Assembly (NCBI GenBank): GCA_964592225.1
Contig: CAZQCO010000010.1
Location: 142-64,141, forward strand
Length of the DNA stretch: 64,000 nt
Direction of reading: 5' to 3'
DNA from: an uncultured Bacteroidales bacterium
GTDB lineage: Bacteria; Bacteroidota; Bacteroidia; Bacteroidales; UBA10428
Shown here: one piece after another, positions 45,036 to 56,351 of the stretch
Layout: each line of letters opens with the position of its first letter
Position numbering within the stretch: position 1 is the first letter of the stretch
Program-made: the position numbers and the translations under genes
The notes under the pieces: model-generated
What the model saw: the letters and a program-made list of their open reading frames with translations, nothing else
What the model was told of the DNA's origin: nothing
The model's database searches: none

Positions 45036-46416
45036 TCCTTTCTCAAAATTCTGGCAATTAATAACAATTGTCTTACTTTCTTTCATTACATTTTCTATCC
45101 TGATAAATTGTACTGAAAAACCTCTTCAGATTGATCCAAATGATATTTTACCTGATAATGACATGCTGGATGTAATTATCGATTCAATTCCTGTTGAATT
45201 ATATACAGTTAGTCTTGAAGCTCTTGAAACCAGATCCATAGGATATAGTCCGTTAGGATGTGTTAATGACACTGTTATAGGCATAATTGAGACTGATTTT
45301 ATATGTGATATTATTTATGCTAATGAAGTAAGTTTTAGAAATGATTTAAACCCCGATAGTACAGAGATCCTCGATCTTACAATTGAATTGTATTATACAA
45401 CGGTTTATGGCGATTCAATGGATATTGATTTCAATGTTTTTGAACTGTACGAACCGATGCCGGCTTATTCCAAATCTGATTATATTTTATTCTCGCATAT
45501 GTACAGCCCGGAACCTATAAATGACGGTCCCCCTTATAAAGGCAGGTTGGAATTAAGAGAAGACGATACAATTACTGTTTATTCCATAAAGTTAAAAAAA
45601 GAGTTTGCTGAACGATTTATTGATACAAATTTAATTAATGAAGGCATTTACGGTTTGTACGATCAGGATATTTTCAAAGAATATTTCAAAGGTTTTTACT
45701 TTGCTGTTGAACCTCGTGCAGAATCGGGAGGAGGGATTATCAAGGTAGATCACAGCACTTCTTTAATGACCCTTCGAACTCTTGAATGGAATTCCGACTC
45801 TGCTGTATGGGATACGGTTAGTAATGTATTCTATTTAGGTAATCCTGATTCCGATTTTGATGAAGGAGGCGCACATCTTAACCTGTACCGCAGTACGCTG
45901 AATGCTAAGTTACAGCATTTAGTAAACGACACGGTAACTAGCTATAGTTCGGCGTATGTTCAATCACTTGCCGGCACAAAAGTGTATCTCAAACTTCCTA
46001 CACTTGCTGCCTTACGAGAAACTCTCAACAATGCAGTATCGGTAAACATTGCCCAGCTTATTCTGCCAGTGGACTCAGTTCGTTTTCTGCGCGATGTGGA
46101 ACTGTATCCTCCTCCTTCGAATCTGGGAATATATGATAGTAAAACAAATGCTGCAATTCTTGATGATCAACTTGTGGAAAATTATCTTTGGGGATATTTT
46201 GATAGCTACAATTATCAATACGTATTAAATATAGGAAATCATATTCACGAATATCTTCGTGATGATAACAGCACATTAAGCGATGCTTTTTATTTATTTG
46301 CTTCCAAAGGGTCACCAGTAACATATGTGGAATATACTCCTTCCAGAGTTGTACTTAACGGGAGTAAAACTTCCCGCCCTCCATTTGTCCGAATTATTTA
46401 TTCTAAAATACCTTAG
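45022..46416 (+). CDS. Lipoprotein of unknown function (DUF4270-like, from memory)
   Basis: 464 aa counted from the ATG at 45022 (the ORF-track TTG is at 45019). The signal peptide has an ILINC lipobox. It overlaps the upstream gene by 14 nt. Confidence 0.6.
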   Translation: MEQNNPFSKFWQLITIVLLSFITFSILINCTEKPLQIDPNDILPDNDMLDVIIDSIPVELYTVSLEALETRSIGYSPLGCVNDTVIGIIETDFICDIIYANEVSFRNDLNPDSTEILDLTIELYYTTVYGDSMDIDFNVFELYEPMPAYSKSDYILFSHMYSPEPINDGPPYKGRLELREDDTITVYSIKLKKEFAERFIDTNLINEGIYGLYDQDIFKEYFKGFYFAVEPRAESGGGIIKVDHSTSLMTLRTLEWNSDSAVWDTVSNVFYLGNPDSDFDEGGAHLNLYRSTLNAKLQHLVNDTVTSYSSAYVQSLAGTKVYLKLPTLAALRETLNNAVSVNIAQLILPVDSVRFLRDVELYPPPSNLGIYDSKTNAAILDDQLVENYLWGYFDSYNYQYVLNIGNHIHEYLRDDNSTLSDAFYLFASKGSPVTYVEYTPSRVVLNGSKTSRPPFVRIIYSKIP

Positions 46417-46421
46417 TCATT

Positions 46422-48257
46422 ATGTGTGGTATTGTTGGTTACATAGGTGACCGTGAAGCACTCCCCGTGTTAATAAACGGATTAAAAAGACTTGAATATC
46501 GTGGCTATGATTCTGCTGGTATAGCCATTCTTGGTAGTAAGACCAATGTATTTAAGTGTAAAGGGAAAGTTACTGATCTTGAAAAACATTTAAATGGAAA
46601 AGATACAAAGGGATCTGTCGGAATAGGTCACACCCGTTGGGCAACCCATGGCGAACCTAATGATATCAATGCACATCCTCATGTTTCCTTTCATGGTAAA
46701 TTTATTATAATTCATAATGGTATAATTGAAAATTATACTCGTTTGCGTGATAAATTGGAGACCAGGGGAGTTAATTTTAAAAGTGAAACTGATACGGAAG
46801 TGCTTGCAAATCTCATTGAATATATTTACGAATATGGCAAAGTAGATGCAGAACTCGCTGTCCGCTTAGCATTATCGAAAGTAATAGGAGCCTACGGACT
46901 TGTGGTTATGTGTGTTGATGAACCTGATAAGTTAATAGCTGCACGTAAGGGCAGTCCGCTTGTTATTGGAGTTGGTAATGATGAATATTTTGTGGCATCG
47001 GATGCCACTCCTATTGTAGAGTATACAAAAAGCGTAATTTATCTGAACGACGGGGATGTTGCAATAATAAGGAAAGAGCAATTAATTCTTAAAACAACTA
47101 GTCAGGATATTTCAACTCCGACTGTTCAGGAACTGACTTTCGATATTGGTGAAATAGACAAAGGGGGCTATGAACATTTTATGCTGAAAGAAATTTTCGA
47201 ACAACCCCGTTCCATTGAAGATACTTTCAGAGGGCGTGTAAATTCGAAAAATGGAGAACTCCGTCTGGGAGGATTATTTCAGGTATTACCCGGATTAATT
47301 GAGGCTAAACGAATAATTATTATTGGTTGCGGTACCTCCTGGCACGCGGGTCTGGTTGGGGAATATCTCTTTGAGGATCTGGCACGCATTTCAGTTGAAG
47401 TTGAATATGCTTCGGAATTCAGGTATCGGAATCCTGTTATTAATGAAGGAGATATTGTGATCGCCATAAGTCAGAGTGGTGAAACAGCCGATACCCTGGC
47501 TGCAATAAAAATGGCGAAAGAAAAAGGAGCAATGGTTTTGGGCATATGTAATGTTGTAGGGTCGTCAATACCAAGAGAGACCGATGCCGGTGTTTATACT
47601 CATGCCGGGCCTGAAATAGGAGTTGCCTCAACAAAAGCATTTACATGCCAGGTAACCGTGCTGGCCATGATGGCTATACTTATCGGTAAAAAGAAAGGAC
47701 TAATAACTGATGATCGGTATAAGGCTCTTATTCAGGAGTTCGCGCTTGTACCCGGGAAAATTGAAAAAATTCTTACCAAGGCTGATCTGTTAAAAAAACT
47801 TGCCACACTTTACAAAGAGGCCAATAACGCTCTTTACCTGGGGCGTGGATATCTGTTCCCTGTTGCTCTTGAAGGAGCACTCAAACTTAAAGAAATATCC
47901 TATATTCATGCAGAAGGTTACCCTGCTGCTGAAATGAAACATGGACCGATAGCGCTTATTGATAATAAGATGCCTGTTGTGGTTGTAGCTTCCAGGGACT
48001 CATCCTATGAAAAAATAGTAAGTAACATTCAGGAGGTAAAAGCACGGAATGGGATTGTTATAGCAGTGGTTACCGAAGGAGATACTACTATTCACGATAT
48101 GGCCGATCATGTTATTGAGATTCCTGAAGTTGAAAATGTTTTTGCACCACTCCTCGCAGTCATACCGCTGCAACTTTTCTCATACTATATTGCAGTAATA
48201 AGGGGATGCAATGTCGATCAGCCCCGAAATCTGGCTAAATCGGTTACGGTAGAATAA
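46422..48257 (+). CDS. glmS: Glutamine--fructose-6-phosphate aminotransferase
   Basis: 611 aa. Has the MCGIVGY N-terminal nucleophile and two SIS domains, and ends in AKSVTVE. Confidence 0.97.
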   Translation: MCGIVGYIGDREALPVLINGLKRLEYRGYDSAGIAILGSKTNVFKCKGKVTDLEKHLNGKDTKGSVGIGHTRWATHGEPNDINAHPHVSFHGKFIIIHNGIIENYTRLRDKLETRGVNFKSETDTEVLANLIEYIYEYGKVDAELAVRLALSKVIGAYGLVVMCVDEPDKLIAARKGSPLVIGVGNDEYFVASDATPIVEYTKSVIYLNDGDVAIIRKEQLILKTTSQDISTPTVQELTFDIGEIDKGGYEHFMLKEIFEQPRSIEDTFRGRVNSKNGELRLGGLFQVLPGLIEAKRIIIIGCGTSWHAGLVGEYLFEDLARISVEVEYASEFRYRNPVINEGDIVIAISQSGETADTLAAIKMAKEKGAMVLGICNVVGSSIPRETDAGVYTHAGPEIGVASTKAFTCQVTVLAMMAILIGKKKGLITDDRYKALIQEFALVPGKIEKILTKADLLKKLATLYKEANNALYLGRGYLFPVALEGALKLKEISYIHAEGYPAAEMKHGPIALIDNKMPVVVVASRDSSYEKIVSNIQEVKARNGIVIAVVTEGDTTIHDMADHVIEIPEVENVFAPLLAVIPLQLFSYYIAVIRGCNVDQPRNLAKSVTVE

Positions 48258-48273
48258 TTAGTATCGCTATAAA

Positions 48274-49332
48274 CTAACGGTCGGTATATTGTTTCTGGTA
48301 ATATTTTTCGTATTCACCCGATGTAATATTTTCAATCCAAACTTCATTAGCAAGATACCAGTCGACGGTTTTTTCCAATCCTTCCTCGAAAGTAACAGAG
48401 GGTTTCCATCCAAGTTCCTTCCTCAGTTTTCCGGAGTCAATAGCATAACGTAAATCATGACCAGCTCTGTCCTTTACAAAAGTGATCAGTCTTGCTGAAG
48501 TACCATCTGTTCTGCCAAGTTTTTTATCCATAACTTTACAAAGCAAGCGGATGAGGTCAATATTTTTCCATTCATTATTTCCACCAATATTGTATGTGCT
48601 CCCATTTTTCCCTTTATGGAAAATAAGATCGATAGCTTTGGCATGGTCAATAACATAGAGCCAATCGCGGATATTTTTGCCTTTTCCGTATATGGGAATG
48701 GTTATATTTTTTTTAATGTTGTTTATGGAAAGGGGGATTAATTTTTCCGGAAACTGGTTGGGGCCATAGTTATTTGAACAATTTGAGATTACAACAGGCA
48801 ATTCATAGGTGTTCTGATAGGCCCGGATAAAATGATCACTACTGGCTTTCGATGCGGAATAGGGACTGCGAGGATCATAAGGTGTAGTTTCCTGAAAATA
48901 GCCTCCATCTTCAATAGAACCATATACCTCATCGGTTGAAATATGATAAAAACGTTTATCCTGCAGATTATTTTTCCAGTATTTGCAGCATGCGTTGAGA
49001 AGGTTCACCGTACCTATGATATTGGCATTGATGAATTCCATGGGGTTGGATATAGAGCGATCGACATGCGATTCTGCCGCAAGATGTATTATACCGTCAA
49101 TTTTATTATCTCCGAAAAGTGAATCGACAGCTTTCTGATCAACAATATCCAGTTTGATAAATTTATAGTTCGGAGAAGTCTCTATATCCTTGAGGTTTTC
49201 AAGATTACCGGCATAGGTAAGTTTATCGACATTGAGGATAAGATATTCCGGATAATTCGTTACAAACTGCCGGATAACGTGTGATCCAATAAATCCGGCA
49301 CCACCGGTAATAACTATTGTCTTCTTCGTCAT
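48274..49332 (-). CDS. rfbB: dTDP-glucose 4,6-dehydratase
   Basis: 352 aa. Contains TGGAGFIGS, HLAAESHVDRS, STDEVYG and YSASKASSDH. Confidence 0.95.
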   Translation of the reverse strand: MTKKTIVITGGAGFIGSHVIRQFVTNYPEYLILNVDKLTYAGNLENLKDIETSPNYKFIKLDIVDQKAVDSLFGDNKIDGIIHLAAESHVDRSISNPMEFINANIIGTVNLLNACCKYWKNNLQDKRFYHISTDEVYGSIEDGGYFQETTPYDPRSPYSASKASSDHFIRAYQNTYELPVVISNCSNNYGPNQFPEKLIPLSINNIKKNITIPIYGKGKNIRDWLYVIDHAKAIDLIFHKGKNGSTYNIGGNNEWKNIDLIRLLCKVMDKKLGRTDGTSARLITFVKDRAGHDLRYAIDSGKLRKELGWKPSVTFEEGLEKTVDWYLANEVWIENITSGEYEKYYQKQYTDR

Positions 49333-49340
49333 AAATTATT

Positions 49341-50363
49341 CTATTGAATATTTCTGATTTTTTTCTCCCAGTTCCATGCTGTAAGTAAAGTTTCTTCCAG
49401 TGGAGTATCGGCTTTCCAACCTAATACTTTGTTTGCATGGGTTGTATCGGCCCATACTTTTTCTATATCACCTTCCCTGCGATCAACAATTTCGTATGCA
49501 ACTTTGAGTCCTGTAGCTTTTTCGAAAGTTTTAATAATTTCCATCACTGATCTGCCCTTACCTGTGCCCAGATTAAAAATTTCGTAGTTCGATTTATTTT
49601 GGTTTTCCAGTAATCGTTTTACTGAAACCACATGTGCCTTTGCAAGATCGACAACATAAATATAATCACGTACCGGAGTGCCATCGGGAGTATTGTAATC
49701 TTCACCGAAAACCCTGAGTTTTTCGCGAATTCCGGCAACAGTTTGTGTCACAAATGGGACAAGATTTTGCGGGATACCTCTGGGTAATTCGCCAATATTA
49801 GCTGTGAAATGGGCTCCGATAGGATTAAAGTATCGCAGTGAAATAGCCCTTATGCCAGGTACCACATGAATGGTATCCTGGATAATTTCTTCCGCTATTT
49901 GTTTTGTATTTCCATAAGGTGCCAGGGCTTTTTTAATCGGAGCATTTTCGGTTACAGGAAGTTCATCAGGCTGACCGTATACAGTACAGGATGAAGAGAA
50001 AACCAAACAAGATGTGTTGTATTTCTTCATCGATTCCAACAGGATAATCAGCGATTCAAGATTATTATGATAGTATTCCAGTGGTTTTTCGATGGATTCA
50101 TTTACGGCTTTAAGAGCAGCAAAATGAATGATCGCATCTATTTTATATTTCCGGAACAAAGCATGTACTTTACCTCTATCACAGAGGTCAAATTGCTCGA
50201 AAGCAGGGCGTTTCCCGGTAATTGTTTCAATTCCGTCGAGTACTTCGATCTGAGAATTAGAAAGATTGTCGACAATCACGACATTGTAACCGCTAGTCAT
50301 AAGCTCAACTGCTGTATGCGAGCCGATATATCCCGTTCCGCCTGTTACTAAAATAGTATCCAC
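49341..50363 (-). CDS. galE: UDP-glucose 4-epimerase
   Basis: 340 aa with a GTG start. Contains VTGGTGYIGSH, SSSCTVYG, YGNTK and LRYFNPIGAH. Confidence 0.92.
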   Translation of the reverse strand: MDTILVTGGTGYIGSHTAVELMTSGYNVVIVDNLSNSQIEVLDGIETITGKRPAFEQFDLCDRGKVHALFRKYKIDAIIHFAALKAVNESIEKPLEYYHNNLESLIILLESMKKYNTSCLVFSSSCTVYGQPDELPVTENAPIKKALAPYGNTKQIAEEIIQDTIHVVPGIRAISLRYFNPIGAHFTANIGELPRGIPQNLVPFVTQTVAGIREKLRVFGEDYNTPDGTPVRDYIYVVDLAKAHVVSVKRLLENQNKSNYEIFNLGTGKGRSVMEIIKTFEKATGLKVAYEIVDRREGDIEKVWADTTHANKVLGWKADTPLEETLLTAWNWEKKIRNIQ

Positions 50364-50365
50364 AA

Positions 50366-50941
50366 TCAGATTTTTATTACTTGATGGTTTTCTAATTTAT
50401 ATTTTTCCTTGCCTTCCGGACATATAGCAATCCCTTCACTATTGAAATTTAATGTATGTCCATATTCGCTGACCCAGCCTATCTGTTTAGCAGGATTTCC
50501 AACGACAAGCGCATAATTTAACACTTCTTTTGTTACAACAGCACCAGCTCCAATGAGAGCATATTCACCGATAGTATTTCCACATATCAATGTTGCATTG
50601 GCTCCGATTGTTGCACCTTTTTTCACCCATGTTTTAACATATTGGTCGCGTCGCACAACTGCACTACGTGGATTGATTATATTGGTAAATACCATTGACG
50701 GACCAAGGAAGACATCATTTTCGCAAATAACTCCGGAATAGATCGATACATTATTTTGTACTTTTACATTATTTCCCAGTACAACTCCTGGCGATACCAC
50801 TACATTTTGCCCCAGATTACAGTTGTCTCCGATTACAGAACCAGACATAATATGTGTAAAATGCCAGATTTTCGTTCCAGGTCCAATAGTACTTCCTTCG
50901 TCTATAATTGCTGAGGGATGAACAAAATAATCCTTCGACAT
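50366..50941 (-). CDS. Left-handed beta-helix (hexapeptide) sugar N-acetyltransferase, WbpD/FdtC-like
   Basis: 191 aa. Hexapeptide repeats run throughout ([26 protein letters not shown]). The gene is adjacent to the DegT aminotransferase. Confidence 0.8.
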   Translation of the reverse strand: MSKDYFVHPSAIIDEGSTIGPGTKIWHFTHIMSGSVIGDNCNLGQNVVVSPGVVLGNNVKVQNNVSIYSGVICENDVFLGPSMVFTNIINPRSAVVRRDQYVKTWVKKGATIGANATLICGNTIGEYALIGAGAVVTKEVLNYALVVGNPAKQIGWVSEYGHTLNFNSEGIAICPEGKEKYKLENHQVIKI

Positions 50942-50950
50942 AATTTAATT

Positions 50951-52057
50951 TTAAATGAAATTTTCAATGGTATTGCATATATAATCCTGTTCAGCTTCAG
51001 TAAGCTCAGTATGCATAGGTAATGAAAGTACAGTTTTTGCCAGAATATTCGACACAGTATAGTTGCCTTGTGCATGAAATGCTTTTTGCGCATGCATGGG
51101 AACGGGATAATATATCATGCTGGGTATACCTTTTTCAGTAAGATAATTTTTTAAAGCATCACGATCGCCGGCATATTTGATAGTATACTGATGGTATACA
51201 TGGCTTGTATATTGAGGAACGATTGGAGTGGAGATTCCTTCAAGTTTTGAAAGCCTCCGGGTGTAATAAGCAGCAGCCTTTTGACGGGCCGAGGCATATT
51301 CATCGAGGTATTTAAGTTTTACATTGAGGATAGCAGCCTGTAAAGTGTCAAGTCGTGAGTTAACACCAATTTCATCGTGATAATATTTTACTTTAGCACC
51401 ATGATTCGCAATACTTCGCATTCTTTCGGCAAGCCTGTCGTCATTAGTCATCATCGCTCCTCCATCACCATAAGCCCCCAGGTTTTTTGAAGGGAAAAAG
51501 GATGTACAGCCAATAGTGCCTAATGTACCTGCTTTACCTGATATATTTCCGTCATTATAATCAGCACCGAGAGCTTGTGCTGTATCTTCGATAATGGCTA
51601 TTTTGTTTTCTTCACATATTGGAATCAGTTCACCTGTATTAGCACATAATCCATAAAGATGAACGGGGATAATGGCTTTGGTTCTTGGAGTTATGGCTTT
51701 TTTAACCTGTTGGATATCAATAGTAAAGGTATTAGGGTCAACATCAACAATAACAGGTTTTAGACCTAGTAATGAAATTACCTCAACAGTTGCAATAAAA
51801 GTAAAATCTGGTGAAATAACTTCATCGCCGGGTTTAAGATCAAGTGACATAAGAGCAATTTGGAGAGCATCGGTGCCATTAGCGCATCCTATAACATGTT
51901 TTATATTAAGATATTTTGCTAATTCGGTATTAAATTCTTTAACAGCGGGTCCGTTAATAAAAGCAGTTGAATCTAAAACTTTCTGAATTGCTGCATCAAT
52001 GTCCTTCTTTATTCGAAGGTACTGTCCATGCAGATCCACCATCTTTATTTGTTGCAT
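50951..52057 (-). CDS. DegT/DnrJ/EryC1/StrS family sugar aminotransferase
   Basis: 368 aa. Contains GCANGTDALQIAL and the PLP-lysine region SFFPSKNLGAYGDGG. Confidence 0.9.
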   Translation of the reverse strand: MQQIKMVDLHGQYLRIKKDIDAAIQKVLDSTAFINGPAVKEFNTELAKYLNIKHVIGCANGTDALQIALMSLDLKPGDEVISPDFTFIATVEVISLLGLKPVIVDVDPNTFTIDIQQVKKAITPRTKAIIPVHLYGLCANTGELIPICEENKIAIIEDTAQALGADYNDGNISGKAGTLGTIGCTSFFPSKNLGAYGDGGAMMTNDDRLAERMRSIANHGAKVKYYHDEIGVNSRLDTLQAAILNVKLKYLDEYASARQKAAAYYTRRLSKLEGISTPIVPQYTSHVYHQYTIKYAGDRDALKNYLTEKGIPSMIYYPVPMHAQKAFHAQGNYTVSNILAKTVLSLPMHTELTEAEQDYICNTIENFI

Positions 52058-52194
52058 GAATATTATTGTTTTCAGCGAAATTAAGATTTTCGATTCAACC
52101 TACCTAGAGAGTACTTACTTTTCTTTGAATTACTCAATTTTGGGTGGATAATAGGATTGTCTAGTGTTTATAAATAATTCCAGTCAATAATTTA

Positions 52195-52202
52195 TATTTT
52201 TG
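52195..52202 (+). promoter_or_regulatory. Candidate -7 promoter box TATTTTTG
   Basis: Lies 36 nt upstream of the TTG start at 52239. Confidence 0.4.
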
Positions 52203-52238
52203 TGAGCTAGCTTATTTTTAAAGCCAAATAATTTTTGC

Positions 52239-53237
52239 TTGGATATTACACCCTTTATACGTGAGTTGATTCTGCTGAACGAATGTGTCATTCTGCGTGG
52301 AATTGGCGGATTTGAAACAACCTATAAAAATGCTATTTACAGGAAGGCCAAGAAAATAATTGTTCCGCCAAGCAAGCGAATACAATTTCAACCCGAATGG
52401 ATTAAGGATAATGGTGTACTTGAAAATCATTTGGTAAAATCGTTGGGTATCAGTAATGAAAAGGCATCGGAACATATAGATAATTACGTGCAGGAGTTTC
52501 ACAATCAGATACGAAAGGAAGGGAAGGTTTTACTAGAGGGGATTGGTGAGTTTGCTATTGATAAGGAGCAAAGAATACATTTCAAAGAACTTGAAGATGC
52601 TAATTATCTTGCAGACTCTTTCGGACTTGATGTGCTTAATATTGAACCGGATATAGAAAATTATAGTAAACCGGTTACTACAAACTTAACACCACTGACT
52701 CCGGGACCCAGGAAGCTTTCAGGGTTGTATATAGCCATAGGTATACTACTGCTAATGATATCCATTACATTTATCATTCTGATTTCCGAAGGGAAAGAAG
52801 TTCGTTTGTTCAATATCAAAAAGAATTCCGGATCGACCGATGAAGTTGTGATTTTTGGGCCCTCATCTGACCTTGTGGCTGATTCAATTTCACGGGCAGT
52901 TGAACAGGTTTTGGATCATAAAACAACAACGAGAAATGCATTGACATTAGAAAAGACTTCGGTACCAGATAACAGAGAGGTTGTTACTGAAATTTCCGGA
53001 GACAAAATTGCATATTACCTGGTAGCCGGGAGCTTTAAAACTATGCGGAATGCCGAAATTTTAAAAGAGCAGCTGGTACGTAAAGGATTTTCGCCGGAGA
53101 TTTTACATACCGGGAACATGCAATACAGGGTGGTTGTGGGAACATATTACGAACACCGGCGTGCCATTGAGGAACTGCGAAGGATCCGGATTCAGCTCGA
53201 TCAGTCGGTTTGGCTTCTCGAAGCTCAGCAGAATTAG
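52239..53237 (+). CDS. HU-like N-terminal domain / SPOR C-terminal domain protein
   Basis: 332 aa with a TTG start. An N-terminal duplicated HU-like segment ([10 protein letters not shown] and VLLEGIGEF) is followed by a TM helix. The C-terminal SPOR pattern reads [21 protein letters not shown]...YRVVVGTY. Confidence 0.75.
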   Translation: MDITPFIRELILLNECVILRGIGGFETTYKNAIYRKAKKIIVPPSKRIQFQPEWIKDNGVLENHLVKSLGISNEKASEHIDNYVQEFHNQIRKEGKVLLEGIGEFAIDKEQRIHFKELEDANYLADSFGLDVLNIEPDIENYSKPVTTNLTPLTPGPRKLSGLYIAIGILLLMISITFIILISEGKEVRLFNIKKNSGSTDEVVIFGPSSDLVADSISRAVEQVLDHKTTTRNALTLEKTSVPDNREVVTEISGDKIAYYLVAGSFKTMRNAEILKEQLVRKGFSPEILHTGNMQYRVVVGTYYEHRRAIEELRRIRIQLDQSVWLLEAQQN

Positions 53238-55282
53238 CTGACTCCGCTTCCGGGGCTGACCTTCCCGGAGGGGGCAACAAATTTGAGGCAACCATCTTCT
53301 TCTTCGGCCATCAGTATCATCCCCTTCGATTCGATTCCCTTTATCGTTCGCGGTTCCAGGTTCATCAACACACAAACCTGATTTCCTACGATGGATTCAG
53401 GATCGAAATATTCAGCAATACCCGAAACAACAGTTCGTTGATCGACTCCCGTATCGATTTTTAATTTCAGTAATTTTTGCGTTTTCGGAACTTTTTCGGC
53501 TTCGAGAATGGTACCTACGCGAATATCCATCCGGGAAAAATCATCGTAAGTAATTTCATCTTTCTGTGGTTTCACATTACTATTTTTTAAAGTGTTTTGT
53601 TCTTTGGTCATTCTTAATTTTTCGAGCTGTTGTTCAATAGCATCATCTTCTATTTTTTCGAAAAGTAATCCGGTTTTACCCAATTGATGATCCGGTAGTA
53701 ATAATTCAGTCTTCCCTATTTTGTTCCATGGAATTGGATCGATATTCAGGAATTCACATAGTTTTTTCGCCGAATTGGGTAAAAACGGGGAAATTAATGT
53801 TGAAAGATTTGCCGTGATCTGTAAGGAAATATTCATAATGGTCTTTACCCGTTCGGGATCCGATTTCTGAAGATTCCAGGGTTCGGTATCGGCCAGGTAT
53901 TTGTTACCAAGCCGAGCCAGATCCATTGCATTTTTGAGCGATTCGCGTAACCGGAAATTTTCCAGACTGCTTTCAACAGAGGTTTTGATAACGGAAATCT
54001 CTGCTAGAACCTGCGCATCAAGATCAGTTTGTTTTGTAATTGCAGGTACCTTTCCATGATAGAATTTTTGGGTAAGAACAACTGAACGGTTAACAAAATT
54101 ACCCAGAATAGCTACCAGTTCATTATTATTCCTGGCCTGCAGATCTTTCCATGTGAAATCGTTGTCCTTGGTTTCGGGGGCGTTGGCACACAGAGTATAT
54201 CGCAGAACATCTTCTTTTCCGGGAAAATCTTCCAGGTATTCATGCAACCAAACCGCCCAGTTCCGTGAAGTGGATATTTTATCGCCTTCAAGATTCAGGA
54301 ATTCGTTAGCCGGAACATTCTGGGGCAATATGTATTTTCCGTGTGTTTTAAGCATAACGGGGAAAATAATGCAATGAAAAACAATGTTGTCTTTCCCTAT
54401 AAAATGAACCATACAGGTTTCTTCATCCTGCCAGTATTTTTTCCAGTCCTTTTGTTCTTTTTCCGCCCACTCAATAGTATTTGAAATATATCCTATGGGA
54501 GCATCAAACCATACGTATAATACTTTTCCTTCTGCTCCTTCAACCGGAACTTTCACACCCCAATCGAGGTCACGTGTTACGGCCCTGGGTTCGAGGCCTA
54601 TGTCCTTAATCCACGATTTACACTGTCCGTAAACGTTTACTTTCCATTCCTTATGCCCCTTAAGAATCCATTCTTCCAGGAAGCCGGTATACTTGTCGAG
54701 AGGCAGGTACCAGTGTTTTGTTTCTTTCAGAACAGGCTGGCCGCCGCTAATCATTGACTTTGGGTTAATAAGGTCGGTAGGGGTTAAGGATGTACCGCAT
54801 TTTTCACACTGGTCGCCATAAGCACCTTCATTATTACAGTGAGGACAGGTTCCGGTTATATAGCGATCGGCCAGGAACTGGTTAGCTTCGGTATCGAAAT
54901 ATTGTTGTGAGGTTTTTTCAATAAATATTTTCTTGTCATAAAGTGTCTGGAAAAATTCCGAAGCTGTTTCAGCATGAATTTTAGATGTGGTACGTGAATA
55001 AATATCGAAGGATATACCAAAATCGGAGAATGCTTTTTTATTGATTCCATGATAACGGTCGACAATATCTTTCGGACTTACTCCTTCCTGTCTTGCTTTC
55101 AGTGTGATCGGGATACCATGTTCATCGGAGCCGCATACAAATACAACATCTTCACCTCTTAGTCGCAGATACCGGACATAGATATCGGCAGGAACATATA
55201 CGCCGGCAAGATGCCCGATATGAACCGGTCCGTTAGCATAGGGTAAAGCTGCTGTAATTAAAAACCGTTTATATTTTCTCAT
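53234..55282 (-). CDS. metG: Methionine--tRNA ligase
   Basis: 682 aa. Has the HIGH motif (PVHIGHLAG), a zinc knuckle ([18 protein letters not shown]), a KMSKS-like motif (KISTSRN) and a C-terminal tRNA-binding domain. Confidence 0.97.
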   Translation of the reverse strand: MRKYKRFLITAALPYANGPVHIGHLAGVYVPADIYVRYLRLRGEDVVFVCGSDEHGIPITLKARQEGVSPKDIVDRYHGINKKAFSDFGISFDIYSRTTSKIHAETASEFFQTLYDKKIFIEKTSQQYFDTEANQFLADRYITGTCPHCNNEGAYGDQCEKCGTSLTPTDLINPKSMISGGQPVLKETKHWYLPLDKYTGFLEEWILKGHKEWKVNVYGQCKSWIKDIGLEPRAVTRDLDWGVKVPVEGAEGKVLYVWFDAPIGYISNTIEWAEKEQKDWKKYWQDEETCMVHFIGKDNIVFHCIIFPVMLKTHGKYILPQNVPANEFLNLEGDKISTSRNWAVWLHEYLEDFPGKEDVLRYTLCANAPETKDNDFTWKDLQARNNNELVAILGNFVNRSVVLTQKFYHGKVPAITKQTDLDAQVLAEISVIKTSVESSLENFRLRESLKNAMDLARLGNKYLADTEPWNLQKSDPERVKTIMNISLQITANLSTLISPFLPNSAKKLCEFLNIDPIPWNKIGKTELLLPDHQLGKTGLLFEKIEDDAIEQQLEKLRMTKEQNTLKNSNVKPQKDEITYDDFSRMDIRVGTILEAEKVPKTQKLLKLKIDTGVDQRTVVSGIAEYFDPESIVGNQVCVLMNLEPRTIKGIESKGMILMAEEEDGCLKFVAPSGKVSPGSGVS

Positions 55283-55359
55283 TTCAACTTTCCGATTTTT
55301 CAGTAAATTGTCATCTGTTGCTTTGCAGATTATTAATGATCTTTTGAAGGATAGTCCCG

Positions 55360-55367
55360 CAAAGATA
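55360..55367 (-). promoter_or_regulatory. Candidate -7 promoter box TATCTTTG for metG
   Basis: The plus strand reads caaagata. The box lies 77 nt upstream of the metG ATG (55282). Confidence 0.35.
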
Positions 55368-55410
55368 TGTAAAAGCAGTATTTTAGGAAATAATTACTAG
55401 TCGAACTAAT

Positions 55411-56325
55411 ATGGGCTCTATAAAATTTCCACCGAAGTTAAAAAAAGGCGATGCCATTGGAATTGTTGCACCTGCCAGCAGGGTTGAAAAAAGCTATATC
55501 GAACAGACGATAAAATCATTGACTCAACTGGGCTATGAGGTAATATCCGGAGAAAATATTTTCAGTGAGTATAACCAGTTCGCGGGCACCGATAAGCAAC
55601 GTCTGGATGATTTTCAGACGGCACTGGATAACAAGAATATAAAAGCTATTTTCTGTGCCCGTGGTGGTTATGGATCAATACGCATTGCCGATGCTCTGGA
55701 TTTTTCCGGATTTCGAAGATTTCCTAAATGGATTGTCGGATTTAGTGATATAACAGTATTTCATTCCCTGTTAAATGGGAAATATCAGATTCCTTCGATA
55801 CATGCACCCATGCCGGTGAATTTTAGCAGCCCTTACTTTCAGGAAAATCTTCTGCAACTCGATTCCATACTGAAGGGAGAAATGCCCGAAGTCAGAATAA
55901 ATGGCAATACGCTCAACCGAATGGGAACTTGCCGGGGCAAACTAGTCGGCGGAAATTTATCTATTTTATACAGTCTTCAATCGACATCTTTTGAGATCGA
56001 CACAAAAGATAATATACTGTTCATCGAAGATGTGGGAGAACAATTATACCATCTCGACCGCATGCTGAATAACCTGCGTTTATCGGGGAAATTAAAGGGT
56101 CTAAAGGGGCTGATAACGGGGGGTATGACAGCTATGGAGGATAAAAAACGGCCCTTTGGTAAAAGTCCATATGAGATCATCGGTGAAGCCGTAAAAAACT
56201 ACAATTTCCCGGTGGCTTTTGATTTTCCGGCCGGACATATCGATAATAATGTGCCCTTCATACTGGGAACAGAAATTGAATTGAGTGTAAACGGGGATAC
56301 CAGTTATGTTAAATATATACCATAA
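55411..56325 (+). CDS. LD-carboxypeptidase (S66 family, LdcA-like)
   Basis: 304 aa. Contains GIVAPAS, CARGGYGS, the nucleophile segment GFSDIT and the C-terminal GH region. Confidence 0.85.
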   Translation: MGSIKFPPKLKKGDAIGIVAPASRVEKSYIEQTIKSLTQLGYEVISGENIFSEYNQFAGTDKQRLDDFQTALDNKNIKAIFCARGGYGSIRIADALDFSGFRRFPKWIVGFSDITVFHSLLNGKYQIPSIHAPMPVNFSSPYFQENLLQLDSILKGEMPEVRINGNTLNRMGTCRGKLVGGNLSILYSLQSTSFEIDTKDNILFIEDVGEQLYHLDRMLNNLRLSGKLKGLKGLITGGMTAMEDKKRPFGKSPYEIIGEAVKNYNFPVAFDFPAGHIDNNVPFILGTEIELSVNGDTSYVKYIP

Positions 56326-56351
56326 ATCGATCAGGATAAAATTTTGTATTA

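Noticed and set aside
46417-46421. glmS ribozyme upstream of glmS.
   Set aside because: Only 5 nt separate glmS from the preceding gene, so there is no room for the ~170-nt ribozyme, which in any case is mainly found in Gram-positive bacteria.
53041-53464. Cluster of 84-90-aa overlapping ORFs at the metG/SPOR junction (53041-53295, 53103-53375, 53210-53464).
   Set aside because: All are alternative frames of the well-supported C-terminal regions of metG and the SPOR gene, with no independent support.
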